Shown in pieces: positions 37,475 through 47,560 of a DNA stretch of 64,000 nucleotides. This stretch comes from Nitrospirales bacterium (GTDB taxonomy: Bacteria; Nitrospirota; Nitrospiria; Nitrospirales; UBA8639). A program made the position numbers and the translations under genes. The stretch's first letter is position 1, and the number at the start of each line of letters is the position of its first letter. Location: assembly GCA_965223295.1 (NCBI GenBank), contig CBDCWC010000003.1, positions 128,001 through 192,000 of the forward strand, written 5' to 3'. The notes under the pieces are model-generated. The model was not told where the DNA came from. It saw only the letters and a list, made by a program, of their open reading frames with translations, and made no database searches.

Positions 37475-38020
37475 ACCCACGGGCTTACGCCGCGTGGCAC
37501 TTAAAGTTCAAATTCAAGTTGAAGCTGCCCTTTGTCCACTCGTTCTTGATGCTCCACGTACCGCCGGATTACGGCCTCACTCAACCCCACCGTCGAAGAG
37601 AAAAATCCCGGAGACCACAACACTGCTCCCCAGTACGTCCGCTTCAGTTCGGGATATCGAAGTCCCAGTTGTCGACTCAAATTGGCTTTCATCTTGCCCA
37701 CAATACTCGAGACTGCATATTTCGGAGGGATCACCACCACCATGTGAATATGGTTAATCTGCACACTCCATTGCTGGACCTCTACCTCAGGATGAAAAGG
37801 TTGAATCTGAGGTAATTGCTCCTGGACAAAGAGTTTGATTGCCCCCGCAAAATGCGCCGACGATACTTGGGAATCCACACCACATGATAGTGGTGCTGAT
37901 AGGCCCCATGGCCACTGAGGCGAACTTCCATGCGCCATAATCATCAAAAATCCCTCATGTGGCAAGGAGCCCCCCGCTTCCAGCGGGGAGCGCTTTCACC
38001 CACAGGCTCACGCCGCGTGG
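37475..38020 (-). mobile_element. IS200/IS605-family element (tnpA only)
   Basis: Related hairpins ACCCACGGGCTTACGCCGCGTGG (37475-37497) and ACCCACAGGCTCACGCCGCGTGG (37998-38020) in direct orientation around a Y1 transposase; exact ends uncertain. Confidence 0.85.
37501..37931 (-). pseudogene. tnpA: IS200-family HUH/Y1 transposase with a frameshift in a G5 run
   Basis: ATG 37931 gives MEVRLSGHGAYQHHYHVVWIPKYRRRILRG; the frame shifts at 37842-37846 to AIKLF...NHIHM (HUH)...KMKANLS...LWSPGFFSSTVG...IRRYVEHQ. Confidence 0.88.
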
Positions 38021-38035
38021 TCCTCCGCGCTAACT

Positions 38036-38236
38036 TTGATAGCGGGACGGAAACTGGACCAGCTTGACTCAGTCATTGCCATGAAGGAACGACGCATTCC
38101 TTTAGGAAATCGCCTAGAAGCATTAACTGGCACTCGAAGAAATCAACACTGCATTCGAATCAACCAACAATATCGTATTTGTTTTGTTTGGACGAATGCT
38201 GGACCAGAACAGGCTAAAATAGTTGACTATCATTAA
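38036..38236 (+). pseudogene. higB: HigB (RelE-like) toxin, 5'-truncated at the IS end
   Basis: RKLDQLDS...GNRLEALTG.R..QHCIRINQQYRICF.W...IVDYH is the C-terminal part of HigB; the N-terminus is absent. Confidence 0.82.
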
Positions 38237-38251
38237 TGTCCACCCCAGGAG

Positions 38252-38569
38252 TTGGTCATGATACGCATTCCCACTCATCATCCTCCCACTCATCCTAGGG
38301 AAATGTTATTAGAAGAATTTCTGGAACCGATGGAATTAACTCAACGTGATTTAGCAAATGCCATTCATGTCCCTTATCAACGCATTAATGAAATCATCAA
38401 TGAACGACGAGGCATCACACCGAGTACAGCACTAAGATTAGCGAAATTTTTTGATATGTCCGCTGATTTTTGGATGAATGTCCAGTTGCGTTGGGACTTA
38501 TATCATGCTCAACATGCTGAAGAGAAAAACCTCCAGACCATCGATTCATATTCCCCCGCTGCCAGATAG
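38252..38569 (+). CDS. higA: HigA antitoxin (Xre HTH)
   Basis: PTHP.EMLLEEFLEPM.LTQ.DLA.AI.VPYQRINEIIN.RRGITPSTALRLAKFF.MSADFWMN.Q. Confidence 0.9.
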   Translation: MVMIRIPTHHPPTHPREMLLEEFLEPMELTQRDLANAIHVPYQRINEIINERRGITPSTALRLAKFFDMSADFWMNVQLRWDLYHAQHAEEKNLQTIDSYSPAAR

Positions 38570-38600
38570 CAAGCTAAGACAGAAACCCTTCTAACAATTT

Positions 38601-38843
38601 TATCGAAAAAACCTAAACGCAAAAGCTCTGCTGCTCATCCTAGAATTCAATAACCAACCTACCCCCCTCACACTTTCCCAACCGAAAGGCCAAGGGTCTC
38701 TCCTCCTAGACAACAACCGACCCGACTTTGTTGAATCCAAAAGCAACACAACCACAAATGCCCCTGTCTCACTGGACCTAAATTCGGTCAAACAAACCAT
38801 CACATTCGAGGCCTACAAAGCACTGGTCTACACACACAAGTGA
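38601..38843 (+). pseudogene. Diverged orphan copy of the treZ 3' end (80 codons plus stop)
   Basis: Colinear without indels with treZ 37216-37458; 48 of 80 aa identical by manual count; no start codon. Confidence 0.88.
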
Positions 38844-38865
38844 GACATCGCCATGCTTTGACTAA

Positions 38866-38903
38866 GGGGTCAGACTCGAATTAAATAACTCGAGTCTGAC
38901 CCC
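38866..38903. repeat. 38-bp REP-like palindrome (copy 2)
   Basis: GGGGTCAGACTCGAATTAAATAACTCGAGTCTGACCCC, 2 differences from copy 1. Confidence 0.9.
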
Positions 38904-38920
38904 TAATACTATTCAAACTT

Positions 38921-41125
38921 TCAAAGAGGCTTAAAGAAGATCACGCTGAGGGGGGGAAGAGTTACGAGGAGAGAGAAGGGTTGATCGTGCCAGGGTATGG
39001 GATCAGCCTGAACTTGGCCACCATTACCCATATTGCTCCCCCCATAGATTTCTGAGTCACTATTCAGCAATTCCTGATAAGACCCACCACGAGGGACACC
39101 CATGCGATATTTCTCTCGCGGAACCGGCGTGAAATTACAGGCACACACGACACAATCTGCCTGATCCTTCGAATAGCGGATATAGGTCAGAGTGGAATGA
39201 TCGCTATCGTGTAGATCAATCCATTGAAACCCTTGCCAGTCAAAATCCACTTGGTACAGCGCGGGCTCTGATTGATACAGCCGATTCAGATCAGCAACAT
39301 ATTGTTGCAAGCCGCGGTGCGGGGCATACTCCAACAAATGCCACTGCAGGCTATCATCATGATTCCACTCCCACCACTGCCCGAACTCAGCTCCCATAAA
39401 GAGCATCTTTTTCCCGGGATGGCCCCACATATGACCATAGAGCGCTCGGAGATTGGCAAATCGTTGCCAATCATCTCCTGGCATTTTATCTAAAAGCGCC
39501 TTCTTCCCATGCACAACCTCATCATGCGACAGCACGAGGACAAAATTTTCGGTAAAGGCATACATCAACCCAAACGTCACTTTGTTTTGATGATACTTTC
39601 GATGAACTGGATCCAGACTGAAGTACTCTAAGGTATCGTGCATCCACCCCATATTCCATTTATACGAAAAGCCTAAACCGCCGACATAGGTTGGCCTGGA
39701 GATTCCCGGCCATGCCGTTGATTCCTCGGCGATCATGAGAATACCCGGATGCTCTTGATGAACCATCACATTTAATTCCTTGATAAATTCCACAGCTTCT
39801 AAATTTTCATTCCCACCATGCTGGTTGGGCAACCACTCCCCATCTTTACGCGCATAGTCCAGATACAGCATGGAGGCCACGGCATCCACGCGCAGGCCAT
39901 CAATGTGATACCGGTCAAACCAGCTTAACGCACTATTAATGAGAAAATTTTTGACTTCGGTGCGGCCATAATTAAAGATGCGGCTTTTCCATTCCGGATG
40001 CCAGCCCATTCGCGGATCAGCATGGTCATACAGATGCGTGCCGTCAAAAAAGGCCAACCCATGGGGGTCATCCGGAAAATGTGCCGGCGCCCAATCCATA
40101 ATCACACCAATACCAGCTTGATGACAGGCATCCACAAAATCCATAAAGTCATCCGGTGTCCCAAATCTGCTGGTAGGCGCAAAATATCCCGTAGCTTGAT
40201 AGCCCCAAGACCCATCAAACGGATGCTCCACAATGGGCATAAGCTCAATGTGAGTAAAGCCCATTTCTTTCACATAAGGCACCAAGTCCTGGGCTAACTC
40301 CTTATAGGTCATCCACCGACTATCCTCTTCAACTACCCGTCTCCAGGAACCAAGATGCACCTCGTAGATTGAGAGCGGCTTCTGGAGTGGATCGGCATGC
40401 TTTCGCGCTTCCATCCACATTTCGTCGTTCCACTGATGCCCCGAAACATCATAGACACGCGAAGCTGTTTTGGGACGCAGCTCCGCAGCTGTGGCATAGG
40501 GATCGGCTTTGGTAAATGGCGCCCCCCCACCTTGCGGTAAAATTTCGTATTTATAGAGTTCCCCTTCTTGAATTTCAGGAATAAATAATTCCCAGATCCC
40601 AACGCTTCCACGACTCCGCATTGGATGCCGCCGCCCATCCCATTGATTCATTTCTCCTACCACGCTTACGCGTTGAGCATTAGGAGCCCACACCGCAAAA
40701 TTCACACCTTTGACACCTTGATGTGTACAAGGATGCGCCCCTAATTTCTCATAGGCTTGATACAGTTTCCCTTCCCCAAACAGATGCAAATCAAATTCTG
40801 ATAAGACTGGGGTAAAGGCATAGGGATCATGCTGCTGAACAATATTGCCTTGGATCGTGGTGATTCGAAATTGATAGGAAGGATCTAATGTGGGTCCCGG
40901 AAAGACTGCTTCAAACAGTCCATCCGAGGCCACTAACGTCATGGGCAATGGCTTCGACGATTCTGAAGAGGGAAGACACGCCACTTTGGCCGCGTCGGGA
41001 AGAAACGCACGAATCCGAATATGCTCGGAATCCCCTTGGCGTTCTGGATGGGGGCCCAGCACAGAAAAAGGATCCCATTCCTGGGCTGTCAGGACTCGTT
41101 GAAGCTGTTCAGGGGTCACAGGCAT
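38921..41125 (-). CDS. glgB: 1,4-alpha-glucan branching enzyme
   Basis: DPFSVLGPH, FAVWAPNA, IYEVHLGSW, GSWGYQ, GLRVDAVASMLYLDY, AEESTAW, LSHDEVVHGK. Start ATG 41125 (TTG 41131 is an alternative). Confidence 0.96.
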   Translation of the reverse strand: MPVTPEQLQRVLTAQEWDPFSVLGPHPERQGDSEHIRIRAFLPDAAKVACLPSSESSKPLPMTLVASDGLFEAVFPGPTLDPSYQFRITTIQGNIVQQHDPYAFTPVLSEFDLHLFGEGKLYQAYEKLGAHPCTHQGVKGVNFAVWAPNAQRVSVVGEMNQWDGRRHPMRSRGSVGIWELFIPEIQEGELYKYEILPQGGGAPFTKADPYATAAELRPKTASRVYDVSGHQWNDEMWMEARKHADPLQKPLSIYEVHLGSWRRVVEEDSRWMTYKELAQDLVPYVKEMGFTHIELMPIVEHPFDGSWGYQATGYFAPTSRFGTPDDFMDFVDACHQAGIGVIMDWAPAHFPDDPHGLAFFDGTHLYDHADPRMGWHPEWKSRIFNYGRTEVKNFLINSALSWFDRYHIDGLRVDAVASMLYLDYARKDGEWLPNQHGGNENLEAVEFIKELNVMVHQEHPGILMIAEESTAWPGISRPTYVGGLGFSYKWNMGWMHDTLEYFSLDPVHRKYHQNKVTFGLMYAFTENFVLVLSHDEVVHGKKALLDKMPGDDWQRFANLRALYGHMWGHPGKKMLFMGAEFGQWWEWNHDDSLQWHLLEYAPHRGLQQYVADLNRLYQSEPALYQVDFDWQGFQWIDLHDSDHSTLTYIRYSKDQADCVVCACNFTPVPREKYRMGVPRGGSYQELLNSDSEIYGGSNMGNGGQVQADPIPWHDQPFSLLVTLPPLSVIFFKPL

Positions 41126-41180
41126 TGCCAACCGTAATCTTCTATGTTAACTAGAAAGAGTCTAACAAATTTGCCAGCTT

Positions 41181-41513
41181 ATGTATTCTGTACTTATCAC
41201 ATTTCTACTCGTCTTATTTTTTGCCGTTGCCTTTTCTTTGCAAAATTCAGAACCCATTATCCTGAATTTTTTTTCCTGGACCTTTCAAGGGTCTCTCGTC
41301 GTGGTGCTGCTCACAGCATTGGCCTGTGGAGTGTTGCTGAGTATGGTGGCGTCCGTACCCTCGTTTATCAAGAAAAGCCGCCTGATTACCAAACAACAAA
41401 AAACCATCACGGAATTGGAACAGAAACTGGCTCAACAAACTGCCGACCCAGAACCAGAAGCTGTGATCGTGCCTCTCCCTGAGTATGAAAAAAGCCCAAC
41501 CCAAACGCCGTAA
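41181..41513 (+). CDS. LapA-domain (DUF1049-like) membrane protein
   Basis: AVAFSLQNSEPIILNFFSWTFQGSL..., two TM helices and a coiled tail. Confidence 0.8.
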   Translation: MYSVLITFLLVLFFAVAFSLQNSEPIILNFFSWTFQGSLVVVLLTALACGVLLSMVASVPSFIKKSRLITKQQKTITELEQKLAQQTADPEPEAVIVPLPEYEKSPTQTP

Positions 41514-42774
41514 AACGGTTCCGGCTGAACGAACACCACAAAAAGTCTTGGCCATGATTATGGCCGGAGGCAAAGGTGAACGCCTCATGCCCTTAACCGA
41601 ACAGCGCAGCAAGCCCTCGGTGCCCTTTGCCGGCAACTATCGCATTGCTGATTTTGTGTTAAGTAATTTCATTAATTCGGGCATTCAGGCCATGTATGTA
41701 CTCGTACAATATCGCTCGCAGTCCCTCATCGAACATCTCCGGAGAGCCTGGCGTTTTAGCGGACCGAATCGACAAGCCTTTATCACTGTCGTGCCTCCAC
41801 AAATGAAGGGCCGAGGGAAATGGTATGAAGGAACCGCCGACGCCGTCTATCAGAATATCAATCTTATTCACGATTTTGCACCAGGCCTTGTTGCCGTGTT
41901 CGGCGCTGATCATATTTACCGCATGGATCTCCGACAAATGATCCAGTTTCATCTGGACAAACAAGCTGAAGTGACCGTGGCCGCACTCCCCGTTCCAATT
42001 CAGGCCGCGAAAGGTTTTGGCATTATTGAAGCCAACTCCGATCATCAAATTGTCGGCTTCGAAGAAAAACCGCCTGAACCCAAACCCATGCCCAGCAATC
42101 CAGAAATGTCGTATAGCTCAATGGGGAATTATATTTTTAATGCCGAGACCTTAGTCCAAATTTTAGAAAAGGATGCCAGCCAAGCTGGAACGCATGATTT
42201 TGGGCGTGACATTATTCCTTCGCTTATCAAATCACATCGAGTGTTAGCCTACGACTTTCTGGAAAATGCGGTCCCTGGCATCCATCCCTATGAAGAATGG
42301 GGCTATTGGCGGGACGTCGGCACGATGGAGGCCTATTGGCAGGCAAATATGGACGTTTTAGGGGAAGCGCCAATTTTCGATTTACGCAATGTGAATTGGC
42401 CCATTACCACGGATGCGTTAACCGATCCGGTAGCCAGCATGGTGCGCTCACGCATGGATGATGCCATGGTCGGCCAGGGCAGCCTTGTCATCGATAGTAC
42501 CATCACCCGATCAATCATTGGGCGGAATGTGCGCATTGGTGAAGGCTGTTCAATTAACGAATCAATCATTCTTGATGGAACCGTCATCGGGCGAAAGAGT
42601 CAACTGCATCGTTGTATCATTGATCGGTATAACGTCATTGAATCGGGAACAATCTTGGGTCGTCCCAAAGAGCGTGAAGGCAAGCGAATGACTGGGAAAC
42701 TTGGGCTCACCACTCTCTCTCGTGGACAATCCTATGGAGGTCGTGCAATTTCATCCTCGCCTGCTTCCACGTGA
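41485..42774 (+). CDS. glgC: Glucose-1-phosphate adenylyltransferase
   Basis: MAGGKGERLMPLT..RSKPSVPFAG.YRI.DF, WYEGTADAVYQN, ADHIYRMD, FEEKP, YWRDVGT. Confidence 0.96.
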   Translation: MKKAQPKRRKTVPAERTPQKVLAMIMAGGKGERLMPLTEQRSKPSVPFAGNYRIADFVLSNFINSGIQAMYVLVQYRSQSLIEHLRRAWRFSGPNRQAFITVVPPQMKGRGKWYEGTADAVYQNINLIHDFAPGLVAVFGADHIYRMDLRQMIQFHLDKQAEVTVAALPVPIQAAKGFGIIEANSDHQIVGFEEKPPEPKPMPSNPEMSYSSMGNYIFNAETLVQILEKDASQAGTHDFGRDIIPSLIKSHRVLAYDFLENAVPGIHPYEEWGYWRDVGTMEAYWQANMDVLGEAPIFDLRNVNWPITTDALTDPVASMVRSRMDDAMVGQGSLVIDSTITRSIIGRNVRIGEGCSINESIILDGTVIGRKSQLHRCIIDRYNVIESGTILGRPKEREGKRMTGKLGLTTLSRGQSYGGRAISSSPAST

Positions 42775-42784
42775 TCAACCGATC

Positions 42785-45691
42785 ATGTCAACCCATTCCG
42801 TGCGCATTCCACTCTCAACGTATCGTTTACAATTTAACCGTTCATTTACGTTTTTAGACGCAGCACGTCTTATTCCCTACCTTCATCAACTAGGCATCAC
42901 AGACTGCTATGCTTCTCCGTATTTGAAAGCGGTACCGGGAAGCTCTCATGGCTACGATGTCATAGACCCCACCGTCCTCAATCCTGAAGTCGGCACCGAA
43001 GCTGACTATGCTGTGTTGGTTGCCGCCCTTCAAAAACATGGCATGGGACAACTTTTGGATGTCGTTCCGAACCACATGGGCATTGCGGCGTCGGCCAATA
43101 TGTGGTGGCAGGATGTCTTAGAAAACGGCCCTTCCTCACATTATGCGACATTTTTTGACATTGATTGGACTCCAGTCCAACCTGAACTCAGGAATACCGT
43201 TCTCTTGCCGATTTTAGGCGATCAATACGGCATTGTCCTAGAAAATCAGGAAATTGTTCTCTGCTATGAAGATGGTCAACTTTTTCTCCAATACTATGAA
43301 CATCACCTTCCCTTAGATCCTTCCACATGGCCTCTCGTGCTAAACTTCCGCCAAGACAATCTCCTTGCCACCTTTGATGCCTCATCGCCACCTCTTCAAG
43401 AATTTCAAAGTATTGTCACCGCGCTCTCCCATTTACCTCAACGCACGGAAACGGATCCCAACAGAATTGCTGAACGTTACCGTGAAAAAGATGTCATTCG
43501 CCGTCGACTCGCCACCGTGATCACAGAAAGTACAACGCTGCATCATTTTCTTCAGGACAATCTCCAGCAACTCAACGGCCGCAAACATGCTCCCCGCAGC
43601 TTTGACCGCTTGGATGAATTGGTCTCTAGCCAAGCCTACCGATTGGCCTATTGGCGTGTAGCGGGAGAAGAAATTAATTACCGCCGGTTTTTTGACATTA
43701 ATCAATTAGCTGCGATTCGCATGGAGCAGCCAGCAGTCTTTCTCAAGGCGCAGCAAAAGATCTTTGACCTTGTCAGTTCAGGCGCTGTAACGGGTTTACG
43801 AATTGACCATGTGGATGGACTCTATGATCCACAAGACTATCTGACTCAATGGCAAAACTGGGCTACTCGACAGTTTCAATCCACACCTGACTCTAAAGGG
43901 CGAAGCATTTACTTGTTAGTTGAAAAAATTTTAGGAGCAGAGGAACATTTAAATCCCAATTGGCCTATTTACGGGACCACCGGTTATACCTTTCTCTCTC
44001 TGCTTAACCAACTGTTCGTTCAAACTTCCCATCAGCGCCAAATGGAACAAATCTATACTCGCTTTACCCAACCTCTCTTTCACTACGATGATCTTGTCTA
44101 TCACTGCAAAAAACTGATTATGACCAGTTCCATGGCTGGAGAAATCAATGCTCTGGCACATGAACTCAACGGGCTTTCTGAGCAGAATCGCCGTTCCCGG
44201 GACTTCACACTCAATAGCTTAATCTATGCCATTCGAGAAATCATCGCCTGCTTTCCGGTCTATCGCACCTATATTCGGCCAGATGCTAAGGAAGCGATTT
44301 CCGACCAAGATCGTGCCTATATTGGTCGAGCAGTGGCTCGCGCCAAACGCCGAAACCCTGCGTTGAGCAAGTTGATCTTTGACTTTGTTCGTGACTTGCT
44401 CATGAACGTTCCACAAGAATCTTCTCATTTAGCATGGGATACCATTCGTCCCTTTATCATGAAATTCCAACAAACCACGAGTCCCGTTACAGCCAAAGGC
44501 GTAGAAGATACGGCGTTTTACCAGTACAACCGCTTGACCTCCCTTAATGAAGTCGGTGGAGAGCCTCAACACTTTGGCGTCTCTCTTTCAACCTTTCATC
44601 AGCAGATGCAGCACCGGGCTGAACATTGGCCTTGCAGCTTATCGTCCACTTCAACACATGACACCAAACGCAGTGAAGACGTTCGCGCTCGGATCAATGT
44701 GCTCTCTGAAATTCCTACAGAATGGCGGAACCACCTGCGTACATGGACCCGCCTGAATAAAAAGGCCAGACAACGGTTTGATGAACAACCAGTCCCCAGC
44801 CGCAATGAAGAATATCTTATCTATCAAACATTGCTCGGTGCCTGGCCCATGGATCCATTATCGGATGAAACTCATGCGCTCTTCTTAGCACGGATCCAAG
44901 CCTACATGGTCAAAGCTCTCCGTGAAGCCAAAGTCACCAGCAGTTGGCTGAATCCTGATGAAGCGTATGAGGAGGCCGTCTTAAAATTCCTTGAGCGAAT
45001 TCTCTCGCCCACGCCGGCCAATGCATTTTTGGAAGATTTTCTGCCATTTCAACAACGTATCTCAGGCTATGGCATTTTGAATTCACTGGCCCAAGTATTC
45101 ATCAAGACCGTAGCGCCTGGCGTTCCTGACTTGTACCAAGGCACCGAACTCTGGACGCTCACCTTAGTCGACCCGGATAACCGAAATCCGGTGGACTATG
45201 CAAGCCACGAAAAACGTCTGGCAGAATTACAAGACCTCCAACAGAAACTACCACCCATCGATCTCATTCAGTTCCTCGTTCAACATGCCGATAATGGCCT
45301 AATTAAAATGTACCTCACCACAACTATCCTCCATTATCGCCAACAACATCCCTCCCTCTTCTTAAAGGGTTCGTATCAGCCATTAGACGCTCATGGAGAA
45401 AGGGAACAACATATATGTGGGTTTCTTCGACGGGAGGGCGCCAACGCCTGTCTAGTTATTGTGCCAAGATTTTTCACACAGTTAACTCCCAATCCCTCAA
45501 ATTTTCCAGTTGGGAAATCGGTTTGGGGCCAAACTGGGATTTCCCTCCCTTCAGATTTCGCGATACGATCATTTAGAAATCTCTTTACCCAAGAAATAGT
45601 GACTCCACAAAAAGATTCAGACGTGGTAGAATTAGATATGGCCACGTTGTTTTCACATTTCCCTTTCGCCCTATTGGAGCCTCTTGCATGA
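42785..45691 (+). CDS. treY: Malto-oligosyltrehalose synthase
   Basis: STYRLQF, GSSHGYDV, DVVPNHMG, NYRRFFDIN, GLRIDHVDGL, AKGVEDTAFY, STHDTKRSEDVRAR, LVDPDNR. Confidence 0.96.
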   Translation: MSTHSVRIPLSTYRLQFNRSFTFLDAARLIPYLHQLGITDCYASPYLKAVPGSSHGYDVIDPTVLNPEVGTEADYAVLVAALQKHGMGQLLDVVPNHMGIAASANMWWQDVLENGPSSHYATFFDIDWTPVQPELRNTVLLPILGDQYGIVLENQEIVLCYEDGQLFLQYYEHHLPLDPSTWPLVLNFRQDNLLATFDASSPPLQEFQSIVTALSHLPQRTETDPNRIAERYREKDVIRRRLATVITESTTLHHFLQDNLQQLNGRKHAPRSFDRLDELVSSQAYRLAYWRVAGEEINYRRFFDINQLAAIRMEQPAVFLKAQQKIFDLVSSGAVTGLRIDHVDGLYDPQDYLTQWQNWATRQFQSTPDSKGRSIYLLVEKILGAEEHLNPNWPIYGTTGYTFLSLLNQLFVQTSHQRQMEQIYTRFTQPLFHYDDLVYHCKKLIMTSSMAGEINALAHELNGLSEQNRRSRDFTLNSLIYAIREIIACFPVYRTYIRPDAKEAISDQDRAYIGRAVARAKRRNPALSKLIFDFVRDLLMNVPQESSHLAWDTIRPFIMKFQQTTSPVTAKGVEDTAFYQYNRLTSLNEVGGEPQHFGVSLSTFHQQMQHRAEHWPCSLSSTSTHDTKRSEDVRARINVLSEIPTEWRNHLRTWTRLNKKARQRFDEQPVPSRNEEYLIYQTLLGAWPMDPLSDETHALFLARIQAYMVKALREAKVTSSWLNPDEAYEEAVLKFLERILSPTPANAFLEDFLPFQQRISGYGILNSLAQVFIKTVAPGVPDLYQGTELWTLTLVDPDNRNPVDYASHEKRLAELQDLQQKLPPIDLIQFLVQHADNGLIKMYLTTTILHYRQQHPSLFLKGSYQPLDAHGEREQHICGFLRREGANACLVIVPRFFTQLTPNPSNFPVGKSVWGQTGISLPSDFAIRSFRNLFTQEIVTPQKDSDVVELDMATLFSHFPFALLEPLA

Positions 45692-45948
45692 CTGTTACCA
45701 ATCTCAACACGGTTCGCGCAGCAGATGATGAATCTATGGCTGATCACTCCATGCCATCAGGAGAATTAGGCTGGGAGGGCCATGTCCATGTTTCCGACGA
45801 AGTTCCCTTGTGGCAACGAGTCCTGGACACATTCCCTGAACTTCGAACCGGGCTTTCCTACAGTTTAATTTTTGCCTCTGGCGTCTGCTTAGGGGGGGCA
45901 ATTATGGCCGCAATGGCAACATCTAAAAACAATCAACGCAATTCATAA
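45688..45948 (+). CDS. Hypothetical protein with a C-terminal TM helix
   Basis: ATGA overlap with the treY stop; hydrophobic C-terminus. Confidence 0.6.
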   Translation: MTVTNLNTVRAADDESMADHSMPSGELGWEGHVHVSDEVPLWQRVLDTFPELRTGLSYSLIFASGVCLGGAIMAAMATSKNNQRNS

Positions 45949-45970
45949 CGTTCTAACATTCAGAAGGAGC

Positions 45971-46294
45971 ATGACGATGAACGATTATAATAATCAGAGC
46001 GATTCAAGCTGGGTCAACAGTTTTGTCTTCATTGCTGGATTTTTGTTAGGCGCAGGAGCCGCTATCATGTTGACACCTGAATCAGGCACACAACTTCGTC
46101 ACCGTGTCGCCCGTGGTGCCAGAACCGCACAAGATGAATTTTCGGATATGGCTTCACAAACAAAAGAAGCTATGCATAATTGGTCCGAGGAAGCCAAAGA
46201 AACCATGAAGCAAGCCGCTAACCGTGTCAATTCGGCCGTCGATGCCACAAAACAGGCCGTAAAAACCGCAAAGCAAGAAACCTTTGATGACTAA
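45971..46294 (+). CDS. YtxH-domain protein
   Basis: FIAGFLLGAGAAIMLTPESGTQLR followed by a helical tail. Confidence 0.85.
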   Translation: MTMNDYNNQSDSSWVNSFVFIAGFLLGAGAAIMLTPESGTQLRHRVARGARTAQDEFSDMASQTKEAMHNWSEEAKETMKQAANRVNSAVDATKQAVKTAKQETFDD

Positions 46295-46516
46295 AGATTG
46301 AGCGATTTTCCACAACCACAACAAATCCAATGGCTTTTGGGGCCGTGGGACATACCTCTATTCTCAGCTCTAGGCTGCTCTCCTCTTAATCTATCGCCAG
46401 GTTGTAAAAACTCATTTGGAAGATAGACCCACAATCCCTCTGTGGGACAGCATTACCTTCTGATCACAAGTCGTCATTATCTTGTTCCTTTATAAAAATC
46501 ATGCGACACTAAAGAG

Positions 46517-47473
46517 ATGCCGGCACCCAACGCAGGAACTTCCCCCCTCACCTCTCGCCTCAAACTTGGGCTTGTCTTAAATGGCATCATCATCTTGGCA
46601 GAATTTATTGGCGGCTATTGGACGAATAGCCTGGGACTTATCAGTGACGCCAGCCATAATCTTATCGATCAAGGGGCGCTCTTATTAGCTTTCTACGCCC
46701 ATCTTTTATCTAATCGTCCTGCCACAGAAAACCGCACATTTGGTTACCACCGTGCAGGCACCATTGCCGCATTCCTGAATAGCCTCACCCTTCTCATTAC
46801 TGGGTTAATCATTGCAGGATTTGCGCTTTACCGCATCTTCACTCCCCTCGAGCATATTCCTGGTCTATGGGTCATGAGCATTGCCGGAATCAGCATGATC
46901 GCAAATTTTGGCGTGGCATGGTTACTGCGGCAAGGCGCAAAAAACGATCTAAATATTCGTGGTGCCTTCCTTCACATGATGATGGATGCCTGGATGTCGA
47001 TCGGCGTGATTCTTTGTGGACTAGGAATCGCCCTCACGCAACTCACGATTCTGGATCCCCTCATCAGCTTAGTGCTGGTAATCGTCATTATCAAAGGAAG
47101 TTTGCCACTTTTTCGAGAATCGCTGGATATTTTGTTGGAATCCACCCCACCTCATCTGAATACTTCAACAATTGTCACCAGTCTTGAAGCAATTCCTGGC
47201 GTCAAAAAAGTGCATGATCTCCATATCTGGTCCGTCGAACCAAGAATCATCATGCTCACCTGCCATGTTTTGGCAGATACAGAAACGGTCCAAGACAAAG
47301 ATCAACTCCTGCAACCCATCCAAACTCTTCTGTCCACGCAATTCGGCATTCACCATCTGACCATCCAACTAGAAACTGAATGTCCCGAAACCCATGACCT
47401 CCACTGCAACCTCAACCACCTCACTCAAGACCCTGCAGAAGAACCCGCCTTTCCCCATGCCCACCATCACTAA
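46517..47473 (+). CDS. Cation diffusion facilitator (CzcD/ZitB-like) metal exporter
   Basis: SDASHNLID, TFGYHR, LNIRGAFLHMMMD, LDPLIS, VHDLHIW, HLTIQLE, His-rich tail. Confidence 0.93.
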   Translation: MPAPNAGTSPLTSRLKLGLVLNGIIILAEFIGGYWTNSLGLISDASHNLIDQGALLLAFYAHLLSNRPATENRTFGYHRAGTIAAFLNSLTLLITGLIIAGFALYRIFTPLEHIPGLWVMSIAGISMIANFGVAWLLRQGAKNDLNIRGAFLHMMMDAWMSIGVILCGLGIALTQLTILDPLISLVLVIVIIKGSLPLFRESLDILLESTPPHLNTSTIVTSLEAIPGVKKVHDLHIWSVEPRIIMLTCHVLADTETVQDKDQLLQPIQTLLSTQFGIHHLTIQLETECPETHDLHCNLNHLTQDPAEEPAFPHAHHH

Positions 47474-47560
47474 AATAGTTATTTGAGAAATTTCATAAAC
47501 TTAGAACGAACCTTTACGAGTGTAAGCCCATAGGAGTTAATTGGGTCGTATTCCTCTTCA

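Noticed and set aside
37932-37965. ORF-track N-terminus of tnpA (MPHEGFL...)
   Set aside because: Wrong frame; the conserved TnpA N-terminus begins at ATG 37931 in another frame.
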